In this document: positions 1 to 10,161 of the stretch, piece by piece
Position numbering within the stretch: the first letter of the stretch is position 1
How the letters are laid out: every line of letters starts with the position of its first letter
From: Deltaproteobacteria bacterium
GTDB taxonomy: Bacteria > Myxococcota_A > Polyangia > Polyangiales > Houyiibacteriaceae
Length of the DNA stretch: 64,000 nt
Direction of reading: 5' to 3'
Assembly (NCBI GenBank): GCA_034670305.1
Contig: JAXMNT010000007.1
Location: 64,001-128,000 of the forward strand
Notes under the pieces: model-generated
The model's input: only the letters and a program-made list of their open reading frames with translations
Told to the model about the DNA's origin: nothing
Database searches by the model: none
Program-made: the position numbers and the translations under genes

Positions 1-52
1 TCCGGCCGACCTCGGGGTCGTTGGCAAGATTCAGCGGCGGGGCTGAAGCCGC

Positions 53-1165
53 TCAGTCCACAGACAGGTCGCCCTCGATCAGGAGATCGCCTCCGTCGAG
101 GATCGTCACTGCGGGCGAGACCAGTTGAAACGCATCCGCGATGCGAAGCGGTCCGCCGTCCTGGCCGGCGAAGGCCATCGCCCGCGTGTCCCCCACGATC
201 TTCGGCGCGATGAAGACGGCGGCGCGGTCGGCGTGCCCACCGTGCAGCAGCGCGGCGTGGAGGGTCGGGCCGCCTTCGACCAGCAACCGCACGATGTCCC
301 GCTTGCCGAGGGCCCGCAGTGCGTCGCCCAGGTCGACCCGCGCGCCGGTCCCCACGCGCTCCACCTCAGCGCCGGTCGTGACGAGGGCCGCCTCCGCCTC
401 GGCGCTTCCGTCGCTGTGCAAGACCAGGGTCCCAGGCGCGGCCAACTGGGACGTGGTCGGAAGGCGCAGCGAGGAGTCGATCACGACCCGGAGTGGATCC
501 CGGCCGTCGACGTGGCGCACCGTCAGGGCGGGGTCGTCGGCGAGCGCGGTCCCGATGCCGACCAGCACCGCATCGGCCCGGTCCCGCATTCGGTGCGCCT
601 CCGTGCGGGCCGCGGCGCCGGTGATCCATTTCGAATCGCCGGTGCGCGTGGCCATGCGGCCGTCGAGGGTGACCGCCGCTTTGAGCGTGACGAACGGAAG
701 CCCGGTGCGGATGTGTTTCGCGAAGTCCGAAACGAGCGCGGTGCAGGCGTCTCCGAGCACTCCGACGTCCACGCGGATGCCGGCGTCGCGGAGCCGCTCG
801 ATGGCACCGGGCACGTGGGGGGCAGGATCCCGCGCGCCCACGACCACACGCTCGAGGCCCGCCGCCAGGACCGCTTCGGTGCAGGGTCCGGTGCGGCCGT
901 GGTGGTTGCACGGTTCCATGGTCACGTAGAGGGTCAGGCCCACGCAGCTGCCCGCATCCGCGATGGCGGCGACCTCGGCGTGCGCTTCGCCGGCGCGTTC
1001 GTGGTGACCGACGCCAACCACTGCGCCGGCCGCATCCACGATCACCGCGCCCACATGGGGGTTGGGACTCGGCCGCCCTCGGCGGGCCGCTTCGAGCGCC
1101 ATCGCCATGAACCGCTCGTCTTCGCTTCGCTGCCGCTCCAGCCACTCCTCGCGCACTTCCTTCAT
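53..1165 (-). CDS. ribD: Bifunctional diaminohydroxyphosphoribosylaminopyrimidine deaminase / reductase
   Basis: PNPHVGAV, HAE and EPCNHHGRTGPC deaminase motifs; KAAVTLDGRMAT...SKWIT and LLVEGG reductase motifs. Confidence 0.97.
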   Translation of the reverse strand: MKEVREEWLERQRSEDERFMAMALEAARRGRPSPNPHVGAVIVDAAGAVVGVGHHERAGEAHAEVAAIADAGSCVGLTLYVTMEPCNHHGRTGPCTEAVLAAGLERVVVGARDPAPHVPGAIERLRDAGIRVDVGVLGDACTALVSDFAKHIRTGLPFVTLKAAVTLDGRMATRTGDSKWITGAAARTEAHRMRDRADAVLVGIGTALADDPALTVRHVDGRDPLRVVIDSSLRLPTTSQLAAPGTLVLHSDGSAEAEAALVTTGAEVERVGTGARVDLGDALRALGKRDIVRLLVEGGPTLHAALLHGGHADRAAVFIAPKIVGDTRAMAFAGQDGGPLRIADAFQLVSPAVTILDGGDLLIEGDLSVD

Positions 1166-1178
1166 TCGCTGTGCGGCT

Positions 1179-1667
1179 TCATCCGTGGGGGCGGGCAGTG
1201 GCGGATTTGGCGGCGTCTTCGTTCAACAGCCGCTCGAGCTCCTTCATGAACTCGCGCACATCCTGGAACTCCCGGTAGACGCTGGCGAAACGCACGTACG
1301 CGACCGGGTCGAGATCTTTGAGTTGCGCGAGCACCATCTTGCCGACGATCGACGACGGGATCTCACTCTCGCCGCGCTCGACCGCTTCCCGTTGCACCGC
1401 GTCGACGACCCGCTCGAGCGCATCGGCGGAGATGTCGCGTTTGGCGCAGGAACGCCGAAGCCCCGCCAGGATCCGGTCGCGGTCGAAGGGCTGGCGTCGA
1501 CCGTCCTTCTTCATCACGAGGGGCAGGGCCACCTCCACCCGCTCGTAGGTGGTGTAGCGCCGCCCGCAGGCCTCGCACTCACGCCGGCGGCGGATCACTT
1601 CGCCCGCCTGCGAAAGGCGGGAGTCGATGACTTTGTTCTCCAGAGTCGAACAGAAGGGACAGCGCAC
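1179..1667 (-). CDS. nrdR: Transcriptional repressor NrdR
   Basis: C-terminal part of ORF 1179..2966, GTG start at 1667: RCPFC...VIDSR...IRRRRECEACGRRYTTYE, ATP cone, VAYVRFASVYREF. Confidence 0.96.
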   Translation of the reverse strand: MRCPFCSTLENKVIDSRLSQAGEVIRRRRECEACGRRYTTYERVEVALPLVMKKDGRRQPFDRDRILAGLRRSCAKRDISADALERVVDAVQREAVERGESEIPSSIVGKMVLAQLKDLDPVAYVRFASVYREFQDVREFMKELERLLNEDAAKSATARPHG

Positions 1668-1820
1668 CCATCGGGTGTAGCAGTGCCGCCACGAACGTCC
1701 ATGGATTTGGGACTCCGCCGACCGACGCGACGTCCAGCCGTGGGGGCTCGCCGTCGCGCCTCCGTCCGAGGAATGGAACGGGCTGTTGGCCCCCTTGCTC
1801 CCGACTGCTAAGCCCCAAAC

Positions 1821-2969
1821 ATGCGCACCGCCGCCATCGAACGGGTCTTGGCCGCCCTGGAAGACATCCGCCTCGGCAAGATGGTCATTCTGACCGACGA
1901 CGAGGATCGCGAGAACGAAGGCGACCTCGTGCTCGCGGCGGAGCTCTGCACGCCCGAGTCGATCAACTTCATGGCCCGACATGCGCGTGGCCTCATCTGT
2001 TTGAGCCTCACCGACGAGCGCTGTCGGCTGCTCGACCTGCCGATGATGGTGGATGAGAATCGTTCCAGCCGGAGCACCGCGTTCACCGTCTCGATCGAAG
2101 CGCGCCACGGGGTCACGACCGGCATCAGCGCAGCGGACCGATGCCACACGGTACTGGCCGCGGTCGCGCCCGAAGCGCGCCCCGCCGACCTCGTCTCGCC
2201 CGGACACGTGTTCCCGCTGCGTGGACGGCCGGGTGGGGTGCTGCAGCGCACCGGCCACACCGAGGGCAGCATCGACCTCGCACGCCTCGCAGGGCTCGAC
2301 CCCAGCGGCGTCATCTGCGAAATCATGAACGAGGACGGGACGATGGCCCGTGCGGACGACCTCGTCGCGTTCGGCCAGAAGCACGGCATCCGCCTGATCA
2401 GCATCGCCGATCTCATCGAATACCGCCTGGCCCGGGAGCGCCTCGTGCGGGTGGTGCGCGACGCCGAAGTCACGCTGCCCTCGAAGGCCGTCTGGCGTGC
2501 GCGCGTTTACGAGGTCGCGACGGACGGACGTCAGTTCCTCGCGATGCTGCACGGAGAGATCGACCGCGAACCGACCATGGTGCGCGTCCACACCGGTTCG
2601 GTGCTCGGAGACCTGGTCGGACTCGAGGAGCCCGGTCGGGTGCAGATGCGGGAAGCGATCGAACGCATCGAAGAAGAGGGGAAGGGCGTCGTGCTCTTGC
2701 TGCCCTCGACCGCGCATCTCCAGGACGACCTCGCGTTCTTCCTGGGCGAGACCCCCGAGCGGCCGCGCCCCGCCCAAGGAGAGGTGTTGCGCGAGTACGG
2801 CCTCGGCGCGCAGGTGCTCGCGCACCTCGGTCTCGGTCGCATCCGCATTCTGACCAATCGGCCCCGCCGGATACCGAGCCTGGAAGGGTATGGTCTGGAA
2901 GTCGTCGAACAGTTGATACTTCGCGAGCCGGTGGTCCCTCCGGCAGCGCCCGCGCGAACCACGCACTAG
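1821..2969 (+). CDS. ribBA: 3,4-dihydroxy-2-butanone-4-phosphate synthase fused to a degenerate GTP cyclohydrolase II domain (RibBX-like)
   Basis: [39 protein letters not shown]; the C-terminal GCH-II-like domain ([16 protein letters not shown]) lacks the Zn-binding cysteines. Confidence 0.93.
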   Translation: MRTAAIERVLAALEDIRLGKMVILTDDEDRENEGDLVLAAELCTPESINFMARHARGLICLSLTDERCRLLDLPMMVDENRSSRSTAFTVSIEARHGVTTGISAADRCHTVLAAVAPEARPADLVSPGHVFPLRGRPGGVLQRTGHTEGSIDLARLAGLDPSGVICEIMNEDGTMARADDLVAFGQKHGIRLISIADLIEYRLARERLVRVVRDAEVTLPSKAVWRARVYEVATDGRQFLAMLHGEIDREPTMVRVHTGSVLGDLVGLEEPGRVQMREAIERIEEEGKGVVLLLPSTAHLQDDLAFFLGETPERPRPAQGEVLREYGLGAQVLAHLGLGRIRILTNRPRRIPSLEGYGLEVVEQLILREPVVPPAAPARTTH

Positions 2970-2985
2970 TCAGAAGAACATCGTC

Positions 2986-3465
<480 letters not shown>

Positions 3466-3472
3466 GCGCACG

Positions 3473-3883
3473 ATGGGCATTCGTCGAAAAGCACGCGAGG
3501 CTGCGCTCCAGATCCTCTATCAGATCGATGCCTCCGGTGCGTCGTGTGAGGATGCGGTCCGTACCTACTGGACCCATCTCGCGGCGACCCCCGATGCGGA
3601 GGAGTTCGCGACGGAACTCGTACGCGGCGTGGACGGACACATGGAGCGGATCGACGACACGATCCGCAATGTGAGCCATCATTGGCGGCTCGAACGCATG
3701 ACCCGGGTGGATCGCAACATCATCCGTCTCGCCACCTTCGAGTTGCTCGAGATGGCGGAGATCCCTCGGCGGGTGACCCTGAACGAAGCGATCGAACTCG
3801 CGAAACGGTTCGGGGCCGAGGGCAGCGCCAAGTTCGTCAACGGTGTGCTCGATCGGATCGCAAGCGACGCCGGCAAGGTCTGA
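3473..3883 (+). CDS. nusB: Transcription antitermination factor NusB
   Basis: RRKAREAALQILYQ, WRLERMTRVDRNIIRLA, NEAIELAKRF, FVNGVLD; usual position after ribH. Confidence 0.97.
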   Translation: MGIRRKAREAALQILYQIDASGASCEDAVRTYWTHLAATPDAEEFATELVRGVDGHMERIDDTIRNVSHHWRLERMTRVDRNIIRLATFELLEMAEIPRRVTLNEAIELAKRFGAEGSAKFVNGVLDRIASDAGKV

Positions 3884-4404
3884 TGGAGATCCGGTTCGCG
3901 CCGGCCGACCTCCGTCGGCTGGATGGCATCCAGAGCGAAGCGCTCGCGATGACGTTCTTCCAGGACGAACGCCCCCTCCGCGGTGCGCTTGGTCTGATCG
4001 ATTGGCGCCTCTGCGGCTTTCTGTCGCGGCAGCTGATCGCTGGTCGATTGAGCGGTCGTTTGGACGACATGGTGCTGGTGCCGACGCGCGGGCGGCTCAG
4101 TTGCGACAAGCTCTTCGTCCTGGGGCTCGGCAAACGCGAGGCGTTCGATGGCGAACGCTACGAGACCGTACTGACGACCCTGTTCGCCGCGCTCTCGAGG
4201 GCGAAAGTGCGTTCGAGCGTTTGGTCTCTGCCTGGACGTGCGACGCACGCCATCGGCGCTGGCGAAGCCATGGAACGTTTGCTCCGTGTCTCGCAAGGCT
4301 TCCAGGATCAGGACGAGTTGACGGTCCTTGAAGGGCAGGATGGACAGCGTGAGATGGAGTCCGTCGTACTGCAGGAGAAACGAAGGCTGCGTGCCTTCGA
4401 GTAG
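3883..4404 (+). CDS. Stand-alone M17 leucyl aminopeptidase N-terminal-domain-like protein
   Basis: ATG overlaps the nusB stop (TGATG); FFQDERPLRGALGLIDWRLCG and KLFVLGLG resemble the PepA N-terminal domain; no catalytic domain. Confidence 0.7.
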   Translation: MEIRFAPADLRRLDGIQSEALAMTFFQDERPLRGALGLIDWRLCGFLSRQLIAGRLSGRLDDMVLVPTRGRLSCDKLFVLGLGKREAFDGERYETVLTTLFAALSRAKVRSSVWSLPGRATHAIGAGEAMERLLRVSQGFQDQDELTVLEGQDGQREMESVVLQEKRRLRAFE

Positions 4405-4407
4405 CGT

Positions 4408-6354
4408 CTAACGACGCTTTTTCTTCTTGGCGGCCTTCTTGGTCGTCTTCTTCTTGGCGGCCTTCTTGGTCGTCTTCTTCTTGGCGGCCTTCTTGGTCGT
4501 CTTCTTCTTGGCGGCCTTCGTGGTCGTCTTCTTCTTGGCGGCCTTCTTGGCGGTCTTCTTCTTGGCGGTCTTCTTCTTGGCGGCCTTCTTGGCGGTCTTC
4601 TTCTTGGCGGCCTTCTTGGTCGTCTTCTTCTTGGCGGCCTTCTTGGTCGTCTTCTTCTTGGTCGTCTTCTTCTTGGCGGCCTTCTTGGTCGTCTTCTTGG
4701 CGGCCTTCTTGGTCGTCTTCTTGGCGGTCTTCTTCTTGGCGGCCTTCTTGGTCGCCTTCTTCTTGGCGGTCTTCTTCTTGGCGGCCTTCTTGGTCGCCTT
4801 CTTCTTGGTCGCCTTCTTCTTGGTCGCCTTCTTCTTGGTCGCCTTCTTCTTGGTCGTCTTCTTCTTGGCGGCCTTCTTGGTCGTCTTCTTCTTGGTCGCC
4901 TTCTTCTTGGCGGCCTTCTTCTTGGTCGCCTTCTTCTTGGTCGCCTTCTTCTTGGTCGCCTTCTTCTTGGTCGACTTCTTCTTGGCGGCCTTCTTCTTGG
5001 TCGCCTTCTTCTTGGTCGACTTCTTGGCGGCCTTCTTCTTGGTCGCCTTCTTCTTGGTCGCCTTCTTCTTGGTCGCCTTCTTCTTGGTCGCCTTCTTCTT
5101 GGTCGCCTTCTTCTTGGCGGCCTTCTTCTTGGCGGCGGCGGCCTTCTTCTTGGCGGCGGCAGCCTTCTTCTTGGCGGCGTCGGCCTTCTTCTTGGCGGCG
5201 GCCTTCTTCTTGGCGGCCTTCTCGCGAGCGATGCGCTTCTTCTCGGCGACGACGGCGGCCTTCTCGCGGGCGATGCGCTTCTTCTCAGCGGCCACGGCCG
5301 CCTTCTCGCGGGCGACGCGCTTCTTCTCAGCCGCCTTTTCGCGGGCCACGCGCTTCTTCTCGACCGCAGCCAGTCGGGCGAGCTTCTTCTTCTCGCGATC
5401 GGCCTTCTTCTTCGCCGCCGCCTTCGCTTTGGCGACGCGCTTCTTCTCGGCTGCGACCTTCTTCTTGGCCGCCGCCTTCTCGCGAGCGATGCGCTTCTTC
5501 TCGGCCAGCTTTTCAGCAGCCTTCCGCTTGGCGAGTTTCTCGGCGGCGCGTTGGGCATCCCGCTTGCGTTTCTCCGCCTCTTTCTTCTCGCGCTTCTTCT
5601 TCGCAGCGGCGTCTTTGATCGCCTGCTGCTTTCGAAGCTCCGCGTCGCGCTTCTCCTGGATGCGTCGCTGTGCTTCTGCCTTCGCGTCGGCGGCCTTCTC
5701 AGCCGCCCGCTTGACCGCGAGCTCCTTCGCCTTGGCCTGCTCCGCGGCGCGCTTGGGCTTCTCGGCCTCGACCGCCTCGACCGCTGCTTTGGATCCGACC
5801 GGCGGGACGCGCGTGCGTTTGGGGGGCGCGAGGATGGGGCGTCGGCCGTGCCGCTGGTCCGGCGTCGGCATGACGCCCTTGCGGGAGGCGTCGCGCAGCG
5901 CGCGCCGAGCGGACTCAGGGCTCGAGAAGAAACGCTTCATCGACTCCAAGTAGAGCGATCGCCAGAGCTTCTTGTATTGCTCGGCCTGTCCGGCCGGAAT
6001 CTCGGTGTGCTGGATGATGACGCGGGTTCCACCCGCCACCGGCTCCAGCAACACTTCTACCTGCGAGTCCGCGACATCCGTCGGAAAGTCAGAGGTTCGC
6101 CAGGTGAGTACGATTCGCCGCCCCGTGTCCAGAAGGATGTGGGTGGCGTCGATGTAGCCATCGGCGGCGGTTAGCCGCCCCCCAACCCATTGATCCACGG
6201 TCGCGCGTTTGCCGGTGAACGCCGAATGTCTGCGTTCATCCATCCACGCTGCATAGATGGAGTTGGGGCTGCTTGGTATCAGCGAGGACACCTTCAGCTC
6301 TTCGTTCCCTCCACCCTCAGGCGGCGGGACATTTTCGGGCGGGTCTTGAGCCAT
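4408..6354 (-). CDS. SRPBCC/AHSA1-domain protein with charged helical segment and very long histone-H1-like Lys/Ala/Thr tail
   Basis: ATG at 6354 after an AGGGAG RBS; N-terminal IYAAWMD...HSAFTG...[14 protein letters not shown]...[24 protein letters not shown] (AHSA1-like), then [12 protein letters not shown] repeats and [14 protein letters not shown] repeats. Confidence 0.85.
   Translation of the reverse strand: MAQDPPENVPPPEGGGNEELKVSSLIPSSPNSIYAAWMDERRHSAFTGKRATVDQWVGGRLTAADGYIDATHILLDTGRRIVLTWRTSDFPTDVADSQVEVLLEPVAGGTRVIIQHTEIPAGQAEQYKKLWRSLYLESMKRFFSSPESARRALRDASRKGVMPTPDQRHGRRPILAPPKRTRVPPVGSKAAVEAVEAEKPKRAAEQAKAKELAVKRAAEKAADAKAEAQRRIQEKRDAELRKQQAIKDAAAKKKREKKEAEKRKRDAQRAAEKLAKRKAAEKLAEKKRIAREKAAAKKKVAAEKKRVAKAKAAAKKKADREKKKLARLAAVEKKRVAREKAAEKKRVAREKAAVAAEKKRIAREKAAVVAEKKRIAREKAAKKKAAAKKKADAAKKKAAAAKKKAAAAKKKAAKKKATKKKATKKKATKKKATKKKATKKKAAKKSTKKKATKKKAAKKKSTKKKATKKKATKKKATKKKAAKKKATKKKTTKKAAKKKTTKKKATKKKATKKKATKKKATKKAAKKKTAKKKATKKAAKKKTAKKTTKKAAKKTTKKAAKKKTTKKKTTKKAAKKKTTKKAAKKKTAKKAAKKKTAKKKTAKKAAKKKTTTKAAKKKTTKKAAKKKTTKKAAKKKTTKKAAKKKKRR
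4417..5220 (-). repeat. Coding minisatellite of mixed 12/15-bp units (e.g. CTTCTTCTTGGTCGC, CTTCTTGGCGGC) encoding [14 protein letters not shown]
   Basis: Directly visible tandem array of about 800 bp. Confidence 0.97.
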
Positions 6355-6549
6355 TCCGCTCCCTTGGGTCGTCCGGCGCCACCTTGGGCGGAACCGCTGT
6401 GCCTCACGCTGGGCCACCCCTGCACGCTTGGCGAAGAAAGGAACTGTTCCGCATCGTGCCATCGACCGGCACACTTTCACCAGAAAAGTCGCCAGCCCGG
6501 TCTCAATCGCACCGCTTGACCCAACTCGGCCGCGTGCTTCTCTCAGGGC

Positions 6550-9500
6550 ATGCCAGGGCGTGCATCGCAAGGGGACCAGGGCCGATGGGCCATCTGGATC
6601 GACCGCGGCGGCACGTTCACCGATTGTGTCATGCGGCACTCGGGAACCGGCCAAGTGCTCGTATCCAAAGTGCTTTCTGGTCCTCGGTCCGCGCTCGAGG
6701 CGGTCCGTTGCGCCCTCGGCCGGTCCGCCTCCGAAGCACTTCCCCAAGCCGACTGGAGGTTGGGCACCACGGTCGCCACCAACGCACTGCTCGAGCGCCA
6801 GGGCGCGCGGACTGTGCTGATTTCGAACACTGGTTTGGGCGATCTGCTGCGCCTCGATGACCAGACTCGGCCTTCGCTCTTCGCGCTCGGGGTCGCTCGG
6901 CCGGTCCCTCTGGCCATCGCGCGCGAGGTCTCGGGGCGGCTCGACGCAGGTGGCCACGAGCTCGAGCCGCTGGACGAGGGCGCGGCCGAGGCTCTGTTCC
7001 GAGGGTTGGCGGCCGAAGGGGTCGAGGCGTTGGCCATCGCGCTGCTGCACAGCACCAAGAACCCCGATCACGAACGTGCGCTGGCCGAGGTCGCCGCCCC
7101 GTTCTTCGACACGGTGGTCTGCAGCCATGAAGTCTCCGGGGCGCGTGGCCTCTTGGCGCGGGCACAGACCGCCGCCCTCGACGCCTACCTCACACCGGTC
7201 CTCCAGCGCAGCCTTCACACGCTCCGGCGCGAAATTCCGGACTCCGAACTCCTCCTGATGCAGTCCAGTGGAGACCTCCTCGAGTCCGCGCAACTGCGGG
7301 GACGAAACGCGGTGGGCAGCGGCCCTGCGGCAGGCGTCATCGCGTGCGCGGCCTGGCACGCCCGGGTCGGCCAGCCGATCCTGGGCTTCGACATGGGTGG
7401 CACGTCGACCGACGTGTGCCGGGTGGATGGCACGCTCGAACGAACCGACGAGATGTTCGTCGATGGCGTGAGGGTCCGTGCGCCCGCCCTTCAGCTACAC
7501 ACGATCGCGGCAGGCGGTGGATCGATCTGCGAGATCGCAGCGGGCCGGTACTTGGTGGGTCCCCGGAGCGCGGGCGCGGATCCGGGCCCGCTGTGCTACG
7601 GGCGGGCTGGCGCGGGCCACCCGACGCTGACCGACGCGGCGGTCACGCTCGGACTGATCCCGGAGGGTGCGCTCCCAATCCCGATCGACCGGGCGCGGGC
7701 CCGGGCTGGATTCGAATCGCTCGATCCCAACCGCACCCCCGAAGCGTGTGCCGCGGGCTTTGTGCGGGTGGCGGTGGAGACCATGGCGACCGCCATCGAG
7801 GTCGTCTCGACGGCGCGCGGTCACGACCCTCGGGATCACGCGCTGCTGAGCTTCGGAGGCGCCGGCGGTCAGTACGCCTGTGCGATCGCAGAGCGCCTTG
7901 GGATCCGGAGGGTCGTCCTTCCGCCGTTCGCGGGGGTGTTCTCTGCGTGGGGCATGGGGGTGGCGTCGGTGGGTCGGCACGCAGAGCTCGGATGCGAAGG
8001 GGTGCTCGACGCCCCGCACCTGCAGCGCGTCAGAGACGCGGTCGCCACACTCGAGCGGACACTCGACTCGGATGCGGAGACGGCACCGGCGGACACCACG
8101 ACGTACCTGGCGCTGCGGCTCGCCGGCATGGAGCAGGCGCTCGAGGTCCCGTTCTCCCGGGAGGATTCGTTGGCTGAGGTGCTCGGCAAGTTCGGCGCGG
8201 TGCACCGGGCTCATTTCGGGTACGAAAACGAAGGCACAGTGCACGCGTCCCATGTGCGTGCGCACCGCCTCGAGCGCCAGGGCGGAACCGCGTTCGACGC
8301 AGCCGTGGGGCTTGGCGAGGCGCGGTCGGGCGATGCGCCCACACCGCGGCGGGTTCGCCGGTTCATGGGCGGCGCCTGGCGGGAAATCGATTGCGTCGCT
8401 CGCCAAGACGTTCGCGGTGGAGAGAACGGACCGCTCGTGGTGCTCGACGCGACCAGCACCTGTGTGGTCGACGAAGGCTGGCGGACCCGCCGGGAGGGTG
8501 GGCTGCTCGTACTCGAACGCGTTTCCGCGGGCGAGTCTCCGACCGTGTCTCCGACCGTCCCTCGCGACGCCTCGATCGTGGATCCCGTGTCGTTGGCCGT
8601 GATGACGGAACAGTTCAAAAGCATCGCGGACCGGATGGGGGTGCGGCTGCAACGCACCGCGTCCAGCGCCAACATGCGAGACCGGTTGGACTTCTCCTGC
8701 GCGATTTTCGATCGCGCCGGGCAACTGATCGCCAACGCGCCCCACATCCCGGTGCATCTCGGTGCGATGGGGGAGAGCGTGCGTGCGGTCCTGCGCAGGC
8801 ACCCCACGATGCGACCGGGCGATGCCTTCGCCACGAACGACCCCCGCGAAGGTGGCTCGCATCTGCCGGACATCACCGTCGTGATGCCGGTGTTCGGCGC
8901 GGGCGACGATCACCCCCGCTTCTTTGTCGGATGCAGGGGACACCACGCGGACATCGGTGGTGTCGAACCAGGATCGATGCCCGCCAGCAGTGGTCGCCTG
9001 AGCGAAGAAGGCGTGTTGATCGACTGCGTCCCGCTGGTGCGGGAGGGGGCGTTTCAGACCGCGCAGATCCTCCGCGCACTCTCCGAGGGCCCGTACCCCG
9101 CCCGCCAGCCAAACGAGAACCTGGCCGACCTCCGCGCGCAGGTGGCTGCGTGCCACCTTGGCGTCGAGTTGCTGCTCGCCACCTGCGACCGACACAGCGC
9201 CGCGTTCGTCGAACGCTACATGGGCTTTGCGTGCGACGAGGCCGAACGCGCGGTGCGTCGCAAGGTAGGCGCGATGCCCGATGGCACGCATACGTTCTCG
9301 GATCGACTGGACGACGGAACCGTCCTGCAGGTTCGGGTCGACATCGAGGGCGAGCAGCTGCGCATCGACTTCGCAGGGACGAGCGCACGGCATGCGGGCA
9401 ACCTCAACGCGCCACGTGCGGTGACGCGCGCCTGCGTGCTCTTCGTGCTGCGGGCGCTGCTTGGCGAGAGCCACGCCCCGCTGAACGATGGGTTCCTGCG

Positions 9501-10143
9501 GTCGGTCGAACTGCACGTCCCGCCTGGCTCGGTGCTGGATCCATTCGTGGCCGCGGGTGCCGCCCCGCCACGGTCCGAGGAGGCCGCCGCGGTCGCCGCG
9601 GGCAACGTGGAGACCAGCCAGCGGGTGGTCGATGTGCTTTTCGGCGCGCTCGGCTTGGCCGCCGCTGGGCAGGGCACCATGAACAATCTGACCCTCGGCA
9701 ACGAGGGGTTCGGGTACTACGAGACCATCGCAGGGGGCGCCGGTGCCGGTGACGGATTCGAAGGTCCCTCCGGGGTCCAAGTGCACATGACCAACTCGCG
9801 CATCACCGATCCAGAAGTCGTCGAGTCCCGTTTCCCGCTTCGGGTGCGGGTGTTCCGTCTTCGGACCGGGTCGGGCGGCGAAGGCCGCCACCACGGAGGA
9901 GACGGCGTGGTGCGTGAACTCGAGGCGTTGGTGCCGTTGCGTGGCTCGGTGCTCACGGAGCGTCGCCGGGTCGGCCCGTTCGGCCTGGCGGGCGGCGCCG
10001 CAGGGCTGGCAGGCATCAACACCGTGGTGCACGCCGACGGTTCGGAGACCCGGCTCGCAGGACACGCTCGCTTTCTTCTGGAACCTGGAGAGCGCATTCG
10101 GATCGAGACGCCGGGCGGCGGTGGGTTCGGCCCCTGTGAATGA
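6550..10143 (+). CDS. Fused hydantoinase A/B / 5-oxoprolinase family protein
   Basis: IDRGGTFTD, GTTVATNALLER, FDMGGTSTDV, SAGADPGPLCYG, DFSCAIF, NAPHIPVHLGAM, GGSHLPD, GNVETSQR, ETPGGGGFG. Confidence 0.93.
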   Translation: MPGRASQGDQGRWAIWIDRGGTFTDCVMRHSGTGQVLVSKVLSGPRSALEAVRCALGRSASEALPQADWRLGTTVATNALLERQGARTVLISNTGLGDLLRLDDQTRPSLFALGVARPVPLAIAREVSGRLDAGGHELEPLDEGAAEALFRGLAAEGVEALAIALLHSTKNPDHERALAEVAAPFFDTVVCSHEVSGARGLLARAQTAALDAYLTPVLQRSLHTLRREIPDSELLLMQSSGDLLESAQLRGRNAVGSGPAAGVIACAAWHARVGQPILGFDMGGTSTDVCRVDGTLERTDEMFVDGVRVRAPALQLHTIAAGGGSICEIAAGRYLVGPRSAGADPGPLCYGRAGAGHPTLTDAAVTLGLIPEGALPIPIDRARARAGFESLDPNRTPEACAAGFVRVAVETMATAIEVVSTARGHDPRDHALLSFGGAGGQYACAIAERLGIRRVVLPPFAGVFSAWGMGVASVGRHAELGCEGVLDAPHLQRVRDAVATLERTLDSDAETAPADTTTYLALRLAGMEQALEVPFSREDSLAEVLGKFGAVHRAHFGYENEGTVHASHVRAHRLERQGGTAFDAAVGLGEARSGDAPTPRRVRRFMGGAWREIDCVARQDVRGGENGPLVVLDATSTCVVDEGWRTRREGGLLVLERVSAGESPTVSPTVPRDASIVDPVSLAVMTEQFKSIADRMGVRLQRTASSANMRDRLDFSCAIFDRAGQLIANAPHIPVHLGAMGESVRAVLRRHPTMRPGDAFATNDPREGGSHLPDITVVMPVFGAGDDHPRFFVGCRGHHADIGGVEPGSMPASSGRLSEEGVLIDCVPLVREGAFQTAQILRALSEGPYPARQPNENLADLRAQVAACHLGVELLLATCDRHSAAFVERYMGFACDEAERAVRRKVGAMPDGTHTFSDRLDDGTVLQVRVDIEGEQLRIDFAGTSARHAGNLNAPRAVTRACVLFVLRALLGESHAPLNDGFLRSVELHVPPGSVLDPFVAAGAAPPRSEEAAAVAAGNVETSQRVVDVLFGALGLAAAGQGTMNNLTLGNEGFGYYETIAGGAGAGDGFEGPSGVQVHMTNSRITDPEVVESRFPLRVRVFRLRTGSGGEGRHHGGDGVVRELEALVPLRGSVLTERRRVGPFGLAGGAAGLAGINTVVHADGSETRLAGHARFLLEPGERIRIETPGGGGFGPCE

Positions 10144-10161
10144 TCTTTGCGGCGGTTGGCC

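Noticed and set aside
1668-1820. Possible FMN riboswitch upstream of ribBA
   Set aside because: None of the conserved RFN sequence blocks are recognisable.
1179-2966. Apparent 595-aa NrdR fusion, and similar long N-terminal extensions on mscS, the crotonase, ruvX and the SRPBCC protein
   Set aside because: ORF-caller over-extension into the antisense strand of neighbouring genes; homology starts at internal start codons.
4417-5220. Possible CRISPR array
   Set aside because: Contiguous in-frame coding units with no unique spacers and no cas genes.
4308-5558. Arg/Pro-rich minus-strand ORF
   Set aside because: Alternative frame of the same minisatellite; a stop-free frame is expected and there is no independent start signal.
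4427-5953. 508-aa plus-strand ORF of [10 protein letters not shown] repeats that looks like a polytopic membrane protein
   Set aside because: It is the antisense shadow of the Lys/Ala repeat (AAG reads CTT/TTC); the minus frame has an RBS and a real domain.
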